From NCBI GenBank assembly GCA_030390025.1, contig CM059431.1, positions 142,044,001 to 142,108,000 of the forward strand: a stretch of DNA of 64,000 bases, in the 5' to 3' direction. The notes beneath the pieces were generated by a model. It made no database searches. It had not been told where the DNA came from and saw nothing but the letters and a program-made list of their open reading frames with translations. Below, piece by piece: positions 26,165 through 37,800 of this stretch. A program made the translations under genes and the position numbers. Source of the stretch: Squalus acanthias (lineage: Eukaryota). How positions within the stretch are numbered: the first letter of the stretch is position 1; each line of letters starts with the position of its first letter.

Positions 26165-29100
26165 ATACCAGTGATGAGCACAGTCAGGCCGCACTAGATG
26201 TGGCCGTTTCCTCCGGTATAGTGGTAGCCTCCACTTACAGTAGAGGTAACCGTCTCCTCTGGTATAGTGGTACTCTACACTTACGCTAAAGAGGACCATG
26301 CTCCTGCTGTCGTTCTGGCAACGTACACTTACAGTAGAGTTCAACGTGGTCCAATGGTGATAGTGGTAGCACTGCACTGACACTAGTATTGACCGTGCTG
26401 TTCAAGTACTAATGCTAATCCTTCACTTACACTAGATGTGCATGTGCTCGACCTGCACAAGTGGTGCCCGTACACTTACACTAGGGATGACCGTTCTCCA
26501 CCGGTACTAGTAATATCCCTGCATTTGAACTAGTGCTGACCGTGCCCTTCCACTATTAGCGGTGCTTTGTAATTACACTAGAGGTGACCATTTTCCTCGT
26601 GTACTCATAGTATCCCTGAACTTACACAAGAGGTAACCTTGTCCCTCTGCTATTAGCGGTTCTCTGCAGTTGCACTAGTTATGACCGTGCTCCTCTTGTA
26701 CTAGTAGTACCACTAAACTTACACTGGAGTTGAGCGTATTCCTACAGGAAAAGTCGTATCGCTGCACTAACACTAGTGTTGACCGTGCACCTCCAGTATC
26801 AGTTGCACCCCTAACATTATAATAGAGCTGATTGTGCTCTTCCAATGATAGTACACTAGAACATAGGAACATAATAAATAGGACTGGGGTAGTCCATACC
26901 GCCCTTCGAGCCTGCCCTGCCATTCAATAAGATCCTCGCTGATATTCAACATCAACTCCACTTTGCCGCCCGATCCCCATATCCCTTGATTCCCTTAGAG
27001 TCCAAAATCTATCTATCTCCGTCTTGAATATACTCAACGGCTAAGCATTCACTGCCCTCTGGGGTAGACAATTGCAAAGATTCAAAATCCTCTGAGTGAA
27101 GACATTTCTCCTCATGTCGGACTTGTATGGCCGACTCCTTATCCTGAGGCTATCCCCATATGTCTAGACTCTCCAGCCAGGGGAAACAGGCTCTCAGAAT
27201 CTACCCGATCAATCCCCCTAAGAATATTGTATGTTTCAATGAGATCACCTCTCATTCTTCTAAACTATAGAGTGCATAGGACCAATCAACTCAATCTCTC
27301 CTCTTTGGACAACTGTCTCATCCCAGGTATCAATCTAGTGAACCTTTGTTGCACATCCTCTAATGCCAGTATATCCTTTCTTAGAAAAGGAGATCACAAC
27401 TGTACACAGTGCTCAAGGTGTGGTCTCCCACCAAAGGCCTATACAAATACAGCAAGGTTTCCTTAATCTTGTACTCCAACCCCCTTGGAATAAAGACCAA
27501 CATGCCATTTGCCTTCTTAATTGCTTGTTCTGCCTGCATGCTAACTCTCTCTGTTTCCTGTATGAGGACATTTTAATCTCTCTGAACACCAACATTTATT
27601 TGTTTCTCACCATTTCAAAATATTAATATTTTCTGTTGTTCTTACCAAAGTGAATAACCTTCCATTTCCCCACATTTTACACAATCAGCCATGTTCTTGC
27701 CCACTCACTATACCTGGCTATATCCCTTTGCAGACTATGTGTGTACTCCTCACAGCTTACTTTCCAACCTAGTTCTGTATCGCCAGAAACTTGGATACAT
27801 TACATCCATCTAAGCGATTAATATAGATTGCAAATAGCTGAGGCCCCAGCAATGATCCTTAGTAGCCTGCCTAGCTGAAAATGTCCCGTTTACTCCTGTT
27901 GTCTGTTATCTTTCCTTTATCAATCCTCTGCTCAGTCTAATATATTATCCCAACCCCATGATCCCGTATCTAGTGTAACAACTTTTCTAATGGCACCTTA
28001 TCGAATGCCTTTTGAAAATCGAAATATACTTCATCCACTGGTTCCCCTTTATCAATCCTGTTAGTTATATCCTCAAATAACTAATGCATTTGCACATCAC
28101 GATTTCCCTTTCATAAAAGCATGTTGACTCTGCCTCATCATGTTATAATTTGCTAAGTGCCTTGTTACCACATCCTTAATAATGGATTCCAGCATTTTCC
28201 CGACGATTTATGTCAGGCTAACTGAGCAGTCGTTCCCTGTTTTTTCTTTCCATCCTTTATTGAATAGCGGTGTTACATTTCCTACCTCTTGTTACATCCT
28301 AGTTTAAGTGTGGTGTTACCCCTACACTTATACTGGATGTGACTGTGCTCCTCCACTAAGAGTGGTAACTTATACAAGATGTCAGCGTGTTCCTCCTGCA
28401 ATACTTGTAACTCTACATTTAAATAGATGTGACCGTGCTCCACTGGCACTAGTGGTAATCCTACACTTAACCTAGATGTATCCTTCGTTATTAGTGTACC
28501 CTACACTTGCACCAGTGTTCACCGTGCTCCTCAGGTACTCGTGGAACACTACACTTACACTACAGTTGACCGTGCTCCTCAGGTACTAGTGGAACCCTAC
28601 ACTTACACTACAGTTGACCGTGCTCCTCAGGTACTAGTGGAACCCTACACTTGCACTACCGTTGACCGTGCTCCTCAGGTACTAGTGGAACCGTACACTT
28701 ACACTAAATTTGACCGTGCTCCTCAAGTACTAGTGGAACCCTACACTTACACTACAGTTGACCGTGCTCCTCAAGTACTAGTGGAACCCTACACTTACAC
28801 TACAGTTGACCGTGCTCCTCAGGTACTAGTGGAACCCTACACTTACACTACAGTTGACCGTGCTCCTCAGGTACTATTGGATACCTACACGTACACTACA
28901 GTTGACCGTGCTCCTCAGGTACTAGTGGAACCCTACACTTACACTACAGTTGTCCGTACCCCTCAGGTACTAGTGGAACCCTACACTTACACTACAGTTG
29001 ACCGTGCTCCTCGGGTACTCGTGGAACCCTAGACTTACACTACAGTTCACCGTGCTCCTCAGGTACTCGTGGAACCCTACACTTACACTACAGTTGACCG

Positions 29101-29500
29101 TGCTCCTCAGGTACTCGTGGAACCCTACACTTACACTAAAGTTGACCGTGCTCCTCAGGTACTCGTGGAACCCTACACTTACACTACATTTGACCGTGCT
29201 CCTCAGGTACTCCTGGAACGCTACACTTACACGAGAGCTGACCGTGCTGCTATGGTACTAGTGCTACCCTACACTTATGCAAGAGATGACCAGACACGTG
29301 TGGTGCTGGTGGTTAGAAAAACTTCCACTCGATATTCGCGTGCTCCTATAGTCATAGTGGTGTCACTACACTGACATTAATGTTAACCGTGCACCTTCCC
29401 TAATAGTCGTAAGCCTAAAATTATAAAAGAGCCGATCGTGCACCTCCGGTACTAGTGGTACACCTACACTAACACTGGATGTGACAGTGCTCCTCCGTTT
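26165..29500 (+). repeat. 48-bp satellite array (homogeneous core about 28495-29250, 15-16 units; degenerate flanks), interrupted by a CR1
   Basis: Unit CCCTACACTTACACTACAGTTGACCGTGCTCCTCAGGTACTAGTGGAA; period 48 (CAGTTGACC at 28563 and 28611). Confidence 0.95.
26858..28290 (-). mobile_element. 5'-truncated CR1 LINE inserted in the 48-bp satellite
   Basis: GAACATAG tail repeats at about 26858; 3' UTR and RT homologous to 11070-12500. Confidence 0.85.
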
Positions 29501-32500
29501 TTATTAATATTCGTTCATGGGATTTGGGCGACGCTGGCAAGGCCAGCATTTATTGCCCATCTGTAGTTGCCGTTGAGAAGTTGGTGGTGAGCCGCCTTCT
29601 TGAAACGCTGCAGTCAGTGCGGTGAAGGTAATCCCACAGTGCTATTAGGGAGTGAGTTCCAGGATTTTGAGCCAGCGACGATAAAGCAATGGCGATATAG
29701 TTCCAAGTGAGGATGGTGTGTGACTTGGAGGGGAACTTGGATGTGGTTGTGTTCCCATGCGCCTGCTGCCCTTGTCCTTCTAGGTGGTAGAGGTCGCGGG
29801 TTTGTGAGGTGCTTCCGAAAAAGCCATGGCGACAGTGCATCTTGTAGACGGTACACACTGCAGTCAGGGCACTCATGTTGGTGGACGGGGTGAATGTTTT
29901 AGGTGATGGATGCGGTGCCAATCAAGCGGGCTGCTTTGTCGAGGATGTTGTCGAGCTTCTTGAATGTTGTAGGTGCTGCACTTATCCAGGCTAGTGCAGA
30001 ATATTCCATCACACTCCTGACTTGCGCCTTGCAGATGGCGGAAAGGATTTGGGGAGTCAGGAGGTGAGACACTCGCCGCAGATTAGCCAGCATCTGACCT
30101 GCTCTTATTGCCATAGTATTAATGTGGCTGGTCCAGTTAAGTTTCTGGTCAATGGAGATCCCCAGTACATTAATGGTGGAGATTTCGGCGATGGTAATGC
30201 CGTTGAATGTCAGGGGGCGTTGATTAGAAGCTCACTTGTTGGAGATTGTAATTGCCTTTCACTTGTGTGGCACGAATGTTACCTGCCAATTATCAGCCCA
30301 AGCCTGAAGGTTGACCAGGTCGTGTTGCTTGTGGGTATGAACTGTTTCATTATCTGAGGACTTGCAAATGGCACTGAAGCCAATGCAGTCATCAGCGAAC
30401 TTCCCCACTTCTGACCTTATAATGGAGGGATGGTCGGTCATTGATGAAGCAGTTGAAGATGGTTCGGCCTTGGACGCTGCCCTGAGGAACTCCTGCTGCG
30501 ATGTCCTGGGCCTGTGATGTTTGACATCCAACAACGCCGCCATTTTCCTTTGTGCTAGGTATGACTCCAGCCATTTAAGATTTCGCCCCCTCACCCGATT
30601 CCCATTGACATCAGTTTTACTAGGGCTCCTTGATGCCACACTCGTTCAAATGCTGCCTTGATGTCAAGGGCAGTCAAACTCACCTCATATCTGGAAGTCA
30701 GCTCCTTTGTCCATGTTTGGAACAAGGCTGTATTTTGGTCGGCAGCCGAGTGGTCTTTGCGGAACCCAATCTGGGCATCAGTGGGCAGGTTATTAGTGAG
30801 TAAGTGCTGCTTGATAGCACTGCCGATGACACCTTCCATCACTTTGCTGATGATTGAGAGTAGACTGATGGGGCGGTAATTGGCCAAGTTGGATTTGTCC
30901 TGCTTTTTGTGGACAGGACATACCTGGGTAGTTTTCCATATTGTCGGATAGATGCTAGTGTTGTAGCTGTACTGGAACAGCTTGGCTAGACCCGCAGCTA
31001 ATTTTGGAGCACAAGTCTTCACCACGATGGCCGGGATGTTGTCAGAGCCCATAGCCTTTGCTATGTCCAGTGCACTAAGCCGTTTCTTGATATCACGTGG
31101 AATGAATCGAATTGGCTGAAGACTGGCTTCTGTGATGGTGTAGGCCTCGGGAGTAGGCCGATATGGATCATCCCCTCGGCACTTCTGGCTGAATATGGTT
31201 GCAAACGCTTCAGCCTTGTCTTTTGCACTCAGGTGCTGGGCTCCACCATCATTGAGGATGGGGATATTCTTGGAGCCTCCTCCTCCCGTTAGTTGTTTAA
31301 TGGTCCACCACCATTCACGACTGGATGTGGCAGGACTGCAGAGCTTTCATCTGATCCATTGATTGTGGGATCGCTGAGCCCTGTCTTATAGCATTCTTCT
31401 TCCACTTTTTAGCATGCATGTAGTTCTGTGTTGCAGCTTCCCCAGGTTGGCACCTCATTTTTAGGTACGCCTTGTGCTGCTCCTGGCATGCTCTTCTACA
31501 CTCGTTGTTGAACCAGGGTTTGGCTCCCTGGCTTGGTGGTAATGGTAGAGTGAGGGATATGCCGGGCCATGAGGTTACAGATTGTGGTGGAATACAATTC
31601 TGCTGCTGCTGATGGCCCACAGCTCCTCATGGATGCCCAGTTTGAGCTGCTAGATCTCTTCTGAATCTATCCCATTTAGCACGGTGGTAGTGCCACACAA
31701 CACGATGGAGAGTATTCTCAGTGTGAAGACGGGACTTCGTGTCCACAATTACTGTGCGGTGGTCACAGCTGCCAATGCTGTCAATGACAGATGCATCTGC
31801 GACAGGTAGATTGGTGAGGACGAGGTCAAGTAGGTTTTTCCCTCGTGAAGGTTCTCTCACCACCTGTCGCAGGCCCAGACTGGCAGTTATGTCCTTCAAG
31901 TCTCGGGCAGCTCGGTCAGTAGTGGTGCTACCGAGCCACTCTTGGTGATGGACATTGAAGTCCCCCACCCAGAGTGCATTCTGTGCCTTTGCTACTCTCA
32001 GTGCTTATTCCAAGTGGTGTTCAACATGGAGGAGCACTGATTCATCAGTTGAGAGAGTGCGGTAGGTGGCAATCCGCAGGAGGTTTCCTTGCCCATGCTT
32101 GACTTGGAGCCATGAGACTTCATTAGGTACAGAGTGAATGTTAAGGACTCCCAGGGCCACTCCTTCCGGACTGTAAACCATTGTGCCGCCAACTCTGGTG
32201 GGTCTGTCCTGCCGGTGGGACAGGACATACCCAGGGATGGTGATGGAGGAGTTCGGGACATTGGCGGAAATGTATGATTCTGTGAGTATGACTATGTCAG
32301 GCTGTTGCTTGACTAGTCTGTGGGACAGCTCTCCCAATATTGTAACAAGTCCCCAGATGTTGGTGAAGAGGACTTTGTAGTGTTGACTGGGCTGGGTGTG
32401 CCGTTTCCGTGTCTGTGGCCGGTGCTGCGGTTCATGCCGGGTGGCCCGTCCGGTTTCATTCTTATTATTTTGTTTCGTAGGGCTAGTTACAACTGAGTGA

Positions 32501-32815
32501 CTTGTTCGGCCATTTCAGCGGGCAGTTAAGAGTCAACCACATTGCTGTGGGTCTGGATTCACATATAGGCCAGACCAGGTAAGTACGGCAGATTTCCTTC
32601 CCTAAAGGACATTAATGAACCAGATGAGTTTTTAACAAAATCCGATATTTTCATGATTACCATTGCTGATACTAGCTTTTTATTCCAGATTTAATTAATT
32701 AACTGAATTTAAATTCCCCAGCTGCCGTGGTGGGATTTGTACTCACGTCTCTGGATCATTAATCCAGGCCTGTGGATTTCTAGCCAAGTGACATTACCAA
32801 TACGGTACCGTTCCC
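29498..32815 (-). mobile_element. CR1-group LINE (distinct family) with EN and RT, about 3.3 kb, tRNA/SINE-like 5' head, no ORF1
   Basis: Frameshifted ORF pieces PDIVILTESY, MGDFNVHH, LLDLVLTN..SCDH, NYRPISLLS, LDIKAAFERVWH, GVPQGS, FADD; A-rich 3' tail at about 29498-29510. Confidence 0.85.
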
Positions 32816-35420
32816 GTACTACTCTAATATTACTGGTGTCGACCCTACTCTAACATTAATGGCGGTGAACCTACTCAAACATTTTTCTGGTGAACCTACT
32901 CTAACATTACTGGTGGTGAGCCTACTCTAACAGTACTAGATGTGACCCTATTCTAACATTACTGGTGACGACCTGACACAAACATTACTGCTGGTGATAC
33001 TACATTAACATTACTGGTTGTGAGTCTACTCTAACATTACTGGTGGTGACCCGACTGTAACATTACTGATAGTGATCCAACTCTAACATTACTAGTGGTG
33101 ACCCTACCCTATTATTGTTGGTGGTGAACCTAATCTAACTTTACTGGTTTTGACCCGACTGCAATATTACAGGTGGTGACCATTCTCTAACATTAATGGT
33201 GGTGAGCCTACTCTAACAGTACTAGTTGTGACCCTATTCTAACATTACTGGTGGCGACCTCACTCAAATATTACTGGTGGTGACCCTACTCTAACATTAC
33301 TAGTGGTGATTCTATTCTAACATTAATTGTGCAGAGCCTACTGTTATATTGCTGGTGGTGACCCCTCACTGACATTACTCTATTGTTACTGCTGGTGAAT
33401 CTAATCTAACTTTACTGGTTTTGACCCGACTGTAACATTACAGGTGACGACCATTCTCTAACATTACTGATGGTGACCCTACTCTAACATAACTAGTAGT
33501 GACCCTACTTTAACATTACTGACGGTGATCCTACTCTGTTTGTACAGGTGTTCAAACTAACCTAACTTTACTGGTGTTGACCTGACTGTAATATTAGAGG
33601 TGGTGAACATACACTAACATTAGAGGTGGTGACCCTACTCTAACGTTACTGGTGCTGACTCTACAGTAATATTACTTTTGGTGGCTCTACTCTATCATTA
33701 CTGGTAGTATCTCTACTCTAACATTACTTGTGGTGGCATTATTTTAAAATTACTTGTGTTGTCCAGACACTAACATTACTGGTTGTGACCCTACACTTCC
33801 ATTACTGGTGGTGAATCTGCCCTAAATTTTAAACCTGGTGAATCTGCTCTAATATTACTGGTTTTGACTCTACTCTAATATTACTGCTTGTGAATTCTAT
33901 TCAACATTACTCTTGATGACCTTATTCTATCATTAGAGTAGTGTCACCACCAGCAATGCGAAAGTCGGGTCAAAACCAACAATTTTAGAGTAGGGTAACA
34001 TACAGTAATGTTACAGTAGAGTCACGACCATTTATATTAGAGTCGAGTCACCAACAATAATGTTAGAGTAGGAGCACCACCACTAATTTTAGTGTATAGT
34101 CACCACCAGTAACGTTAGAGTAGAGTCACCAGCAGTTATGATAGAGAAGAATCATCACCATTTATGCTTGAGTAGGTTCATCATCAGTAATGTTAGAATA
34201 GGTTCATCACCAGTAATGTTGGAGTCAAGTCACCACCAGTAATGTTAAAGCAAGATCAGCACCAGTAATGTTAAATTAGTGTCAGCAGCAGTAATGTTTC
34301 TTAAAGTCATCATCAGTTAGGTTAGATCTGATTCACCACCAGTAATGTTAGTGCAGAGACACCAAAATTAACGTTAACATAAAATCAACGCCAGTAATGT
34401 TAGAGTAGGCACAATCCTAGTAATGTCATAGTAGAGCCACCAACAGCAATTCTAGAGTATTGTCAACGCCAGTAATGTTAGAGTAAGGTCAAAACCAGTA
34501 ATGCTAGGGTAGAGTCATACCCAGTAATGTTAGAGTATAGTCCCCAGCACTAATGTTAGAGTAGCGCCACCACCTGTAATGATAGAGTAGGTTCACCACC
34601 AGTAGCGTTAGAGCAGCGTCACCAACAGTAATGTTAGAATAGACTCACCACCAGTAATGTTAGCGTATCGTAACCACCTGTTATAATAGAGTTCAGTCAG
34701 CACCAGTAATGTTACAGTTTGGTCACAATCAGCAATGTCAGAGTAGTGTACCCACATTTAAAGTTAAATCCGAGTCATCAACATTAATGTCAGGGTGCGC
34801 TTTCCAGCAGTAATGCTCGAGTAGAGTCACCACCAGTAATGTTAGACTAGGGTCACCACCAGTAATGTTAGTTTTGGGTCACCACCAGTAATGTTAGAGT
34901 AGAGTCACCACCAATCATGTTTAAGTAGAGACACCGCCAGTCATGTTAGAGTAGGGTTACCGACAGTAATGTTAGAATATATTAACCATTAGTAATATTA
35001 GAGTTGAGTGAACAAAAGTAATGTTGCATTAATGTCATCATCAGTTTAGTTAGAAGAGTTTCACCACCAGTAATGTTAGAGTAGGTTTAGCACCAATAAC
35101 GATGTAGTTGGGTCACCACCACTAATGCTTGTGTAGAGTCACCACCAGTAACGTTAGTGTAGAGTCACCACCAGTAATGTTAGAGTAGAGTCACCACCAG
35201 TAATGTTAGAATAGGGTCACCTCCAGTAATGTTAGAGTAGTGTCACCACCAATAATGTTAGAGTCGGGTCACCTCCAGTAATCTTAAAGTAGTGTCACCA
35301 CAAGTAATGTTAGAGTAGGGTCACCACCAGTAATGTTAGATTATTGTCACCACCAGTAATGTTAGTGTAGGGTCAGCACCAGTTTTGTTAGAGTAGAGTC
35401 AACACCAGTAATGTTAGAGT
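32815..35420. repeat. 26-bp minisatellite array whose orientation inverts at about 33930
   Basis: Unit GACCCTACTCTAACATTACTGGTGGT (32815-33930), then its reverse complement TCACCACCAGTAATGTTAGAGTAGGG (33931-35420); period 26 (35164, 35190). Confidence 0.95.
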
Positions 35421-36724
35421 TGTGTATATTTAGTGTAGAATCTATGGACCGAGGTGCATTATTACACCATTGGTGTTCCAGAACACTGAAGCGGAAAATG
35501 TTGCATTGTTTGCTAAGTGACTGTAACTAACGCCAGTTATTGTGTAAGCGGATTTTCTCACCGGAGCTCCGAGTGGTCTATAAATGGGTAAAATTTACGG
35601 ATCTCAGATGCACTTGGGATGGAACCTTAAAGCAGGACCGAATCCACATCTTCTTCTATAATAAATAGAGTGACAGCGCGCTACATCACCTGTATAAATT
35701 ATACAGTTGTTTTGTGCTAAATTTGTCCGGTGGTGTCTTCTGTTTGTTCAAATTTAAAGACTACCAAAAGTCGTTGTATGCGTATTAAACATTTGGAATA
35801 ACTCCCAGCAGAGTCTCAATTGGGCTGAATCCTGTAACGCCGGCCTGTAAGAAAACATCTCACATTAAAATACAATGATTGATTGCCCGGAAATTCTCTA
35901 CCTAATTATTACAGCCATCGGTGCCCCAGGGAAGTCTTTGTAACCCGTTATTGCTTTGTATGGAGCGATGTTAGACTTTATTATCGCTATTAGTGCCTGC
36001 CGGATGATAAGGAGTTTCTCCGTGTTTGTTATAAAGTTGTCTCTTCACTTTCCTTTCGGTGTTCACTGCCCACCAGTTACAGTCTTCTCTATCCCTGGTA
36101 AGCTGGGACATGAATTTGAGCAGCACCTTCTCGCGAATTGATTCACTCCGCAAACAACCAATGACTTTTATTTTCTGACAAGGAGCAAGTTCACTGGTGA
36201 CCGGATTTATCATCACTACTGAGCCCCAAGCAATCTCCAGATTAGATCCGGAACTGGTGTTAGATCACCAATGTGTGCTCGTGGATTACTCTGAAAATTC
36301 AGAGTGTTCTTATTATCCTCATATGCTATAGTAAGAATAGTTCCTATTTAAAGGCAGGGTAATGTTGACCATTCAGGTTAATTACATGTTTAAAGCATTC
36401 TCACTTGCGCTGTATATCTCCAAAATGCACTGTCAATATCTGAGTCAGCTCCAACAGTATGTGTGTCATAAGACTGCGCGCCACAATCAGAACTGCTTCC
36501 TTCCAAATGATCCTGATGATTAAAATGTGTATTCAGAATATAAAGTATAAACAAATAATTTAGTTCAGAATCATGCCACATTTTAACACATGATCTATTG
36601 TGGCTGCAGCTGTAGAATCCCGTTCCCCTATCCTGCTTCCACTTTCTACAATTCAGACCGACATTGGATAGGCGGTCAAGATGTTTACTGTGGTGGGGCG
36701 GTTAATTTCTCCCGAAATCTTTCT

Positions 36725-37205
36725 TCTAGCATCAAGACCCGTTCGCCCATCACCCCTGTGCTCGCTGACATATATTGGCTACCGGTTAAGCAGCGCCTCG
36801 TTTTCAAAATTGTCATCCTTGTTTTCAAATCCCTCCATGGCCTCGCCCCTCACTATCTCTGTTATCTCCTTCAGCCCCACAAACCCCCGAGTTATCTGCG
36901 CTCCTCTCATTCTGCCCTCTTGAGCATCCCTGATTATAATCGCTCAACCTTTGGTGGCCGTGCCTTCTGTTGCCTAGGCCCAAAGCTCTGGAATTCCCTC
37001 CCTAAACCTCTCCACCTCGCTACCTCTCTTTCCTCCTTTAAGACGCTCCTTAAAACCTACCTCTTTGAACAAGCTTTTGGTCGCCTGTCCAAATTTATCA
37101 TTTAGTGGCTTGCTGTCAAATTGTTTGTCTAAAATACTCCTGAGCAGCGCCTTGGGACATTTTACTACTTTCAAGATGTTATATAAATACAAGTTGTTGT
37201 TGTTG
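36725..37205 (+). mobile_element. L2 LINE 3' fragment in the intron of copy 3
   Basis: ITPVLADIYWLPVKQR..GGRAF..PKLWNSLP..FKTLLKTYLF; tail ATATAAATACAAGTTGTTGTTG. Confidence 0.85.
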
Positions 37206-37401
37206 TTTATTGTTACTTCCTCCTTTTTATATTTTCTGATCCAGTTCAATCCGATGTGTCGGTATTTATTCCCATCTGCCTCCGTTAACCTTTACGCGCT
37301 CGTACTTTCATTTATTTTCTATTCTCTACCGATCCCCCCACCACCTTTGATCATCTGCAAGCCTTTTCACTATTAACATACTTTTCTATATTTTCCAAAG
37401 T

Positions 37402-37800
37402 GTCAGCCGCGGCTCAGTTGGTAGCACTCTCGCGTCAGAGTCAGTAGGTTTCATTCAGACTGACACTCGAGTGCTGTACTGAGGGAGAGCTGCACTGTCG
37501 GAGGAGCCGTTTTTCAGATGAAATACTAAACCGAGGCCGCAACTGCTCTCTCAGGTGGTTGTAAAAGATCCAACGGCACTGTTTCGAAGTAGAGCAGGGG
37601 AGTTCTCCCCGGTTTCCTGGCCAATATTTATCCCTCAAAAACAGCACTGAAAGAGATAATCTGGTCATTATCAGATTGCGGTTTGAAAGATCTTGGCTGC
37701 CGTGTTTTTAACATTAAAATAGCAAAAATGTAAAACGTGGCTACAAAGCGCTTTGGGACGTCCTGAAATCATCGAAGGTTCTTTATAAATGCAAGTATTT
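37402..37800 (+). mobile_element. tRNA-derived Deu-domain SINE (SacSINE1/AmnSINE1-like)
   Basis: A-box GGCTCAGTTGGTAGC; core GTACTGAGGGAGAGCTGCACTGTCGGAGG..AGAGCAGGGGAGTTCTCCCCGG..CCTGGCCAATATTTATCCCTCAA; L2-like tail. Confidence 0.8.

Larger units (their letters stand above)
22260..29500. repeat. Inverted segmental duplication arm 1 (paralogous to about 52180-64000)
   Basis: Collinear reverse-complement similarity of 3' flank (22272-22463 vs 63806-63994; 23650-24330 vs 62680-63360), gene, intron, promoter and upstream 48-bp satellite. Confidence 0.85.

Noticed and set aside
28541..29374. ORFs encoding (YTYTTVDRAPQVLVEP)n repeat protein
   Set aside because: Artefact of a 48-bp unit divisible by three; GTG starts, no splice context, and degenerate units elsewhere do not keep the frame
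28495..35420. CRISPR-like appearance of the regular repeats
   Set aside because: Contiguous tandem units without unique spacers, no cas genes, eukaryotic context
37402..37450. tRNA gene
   Set aside because: Only a tRNA-derived SINE head; B-box missing and no complete cloverleaf
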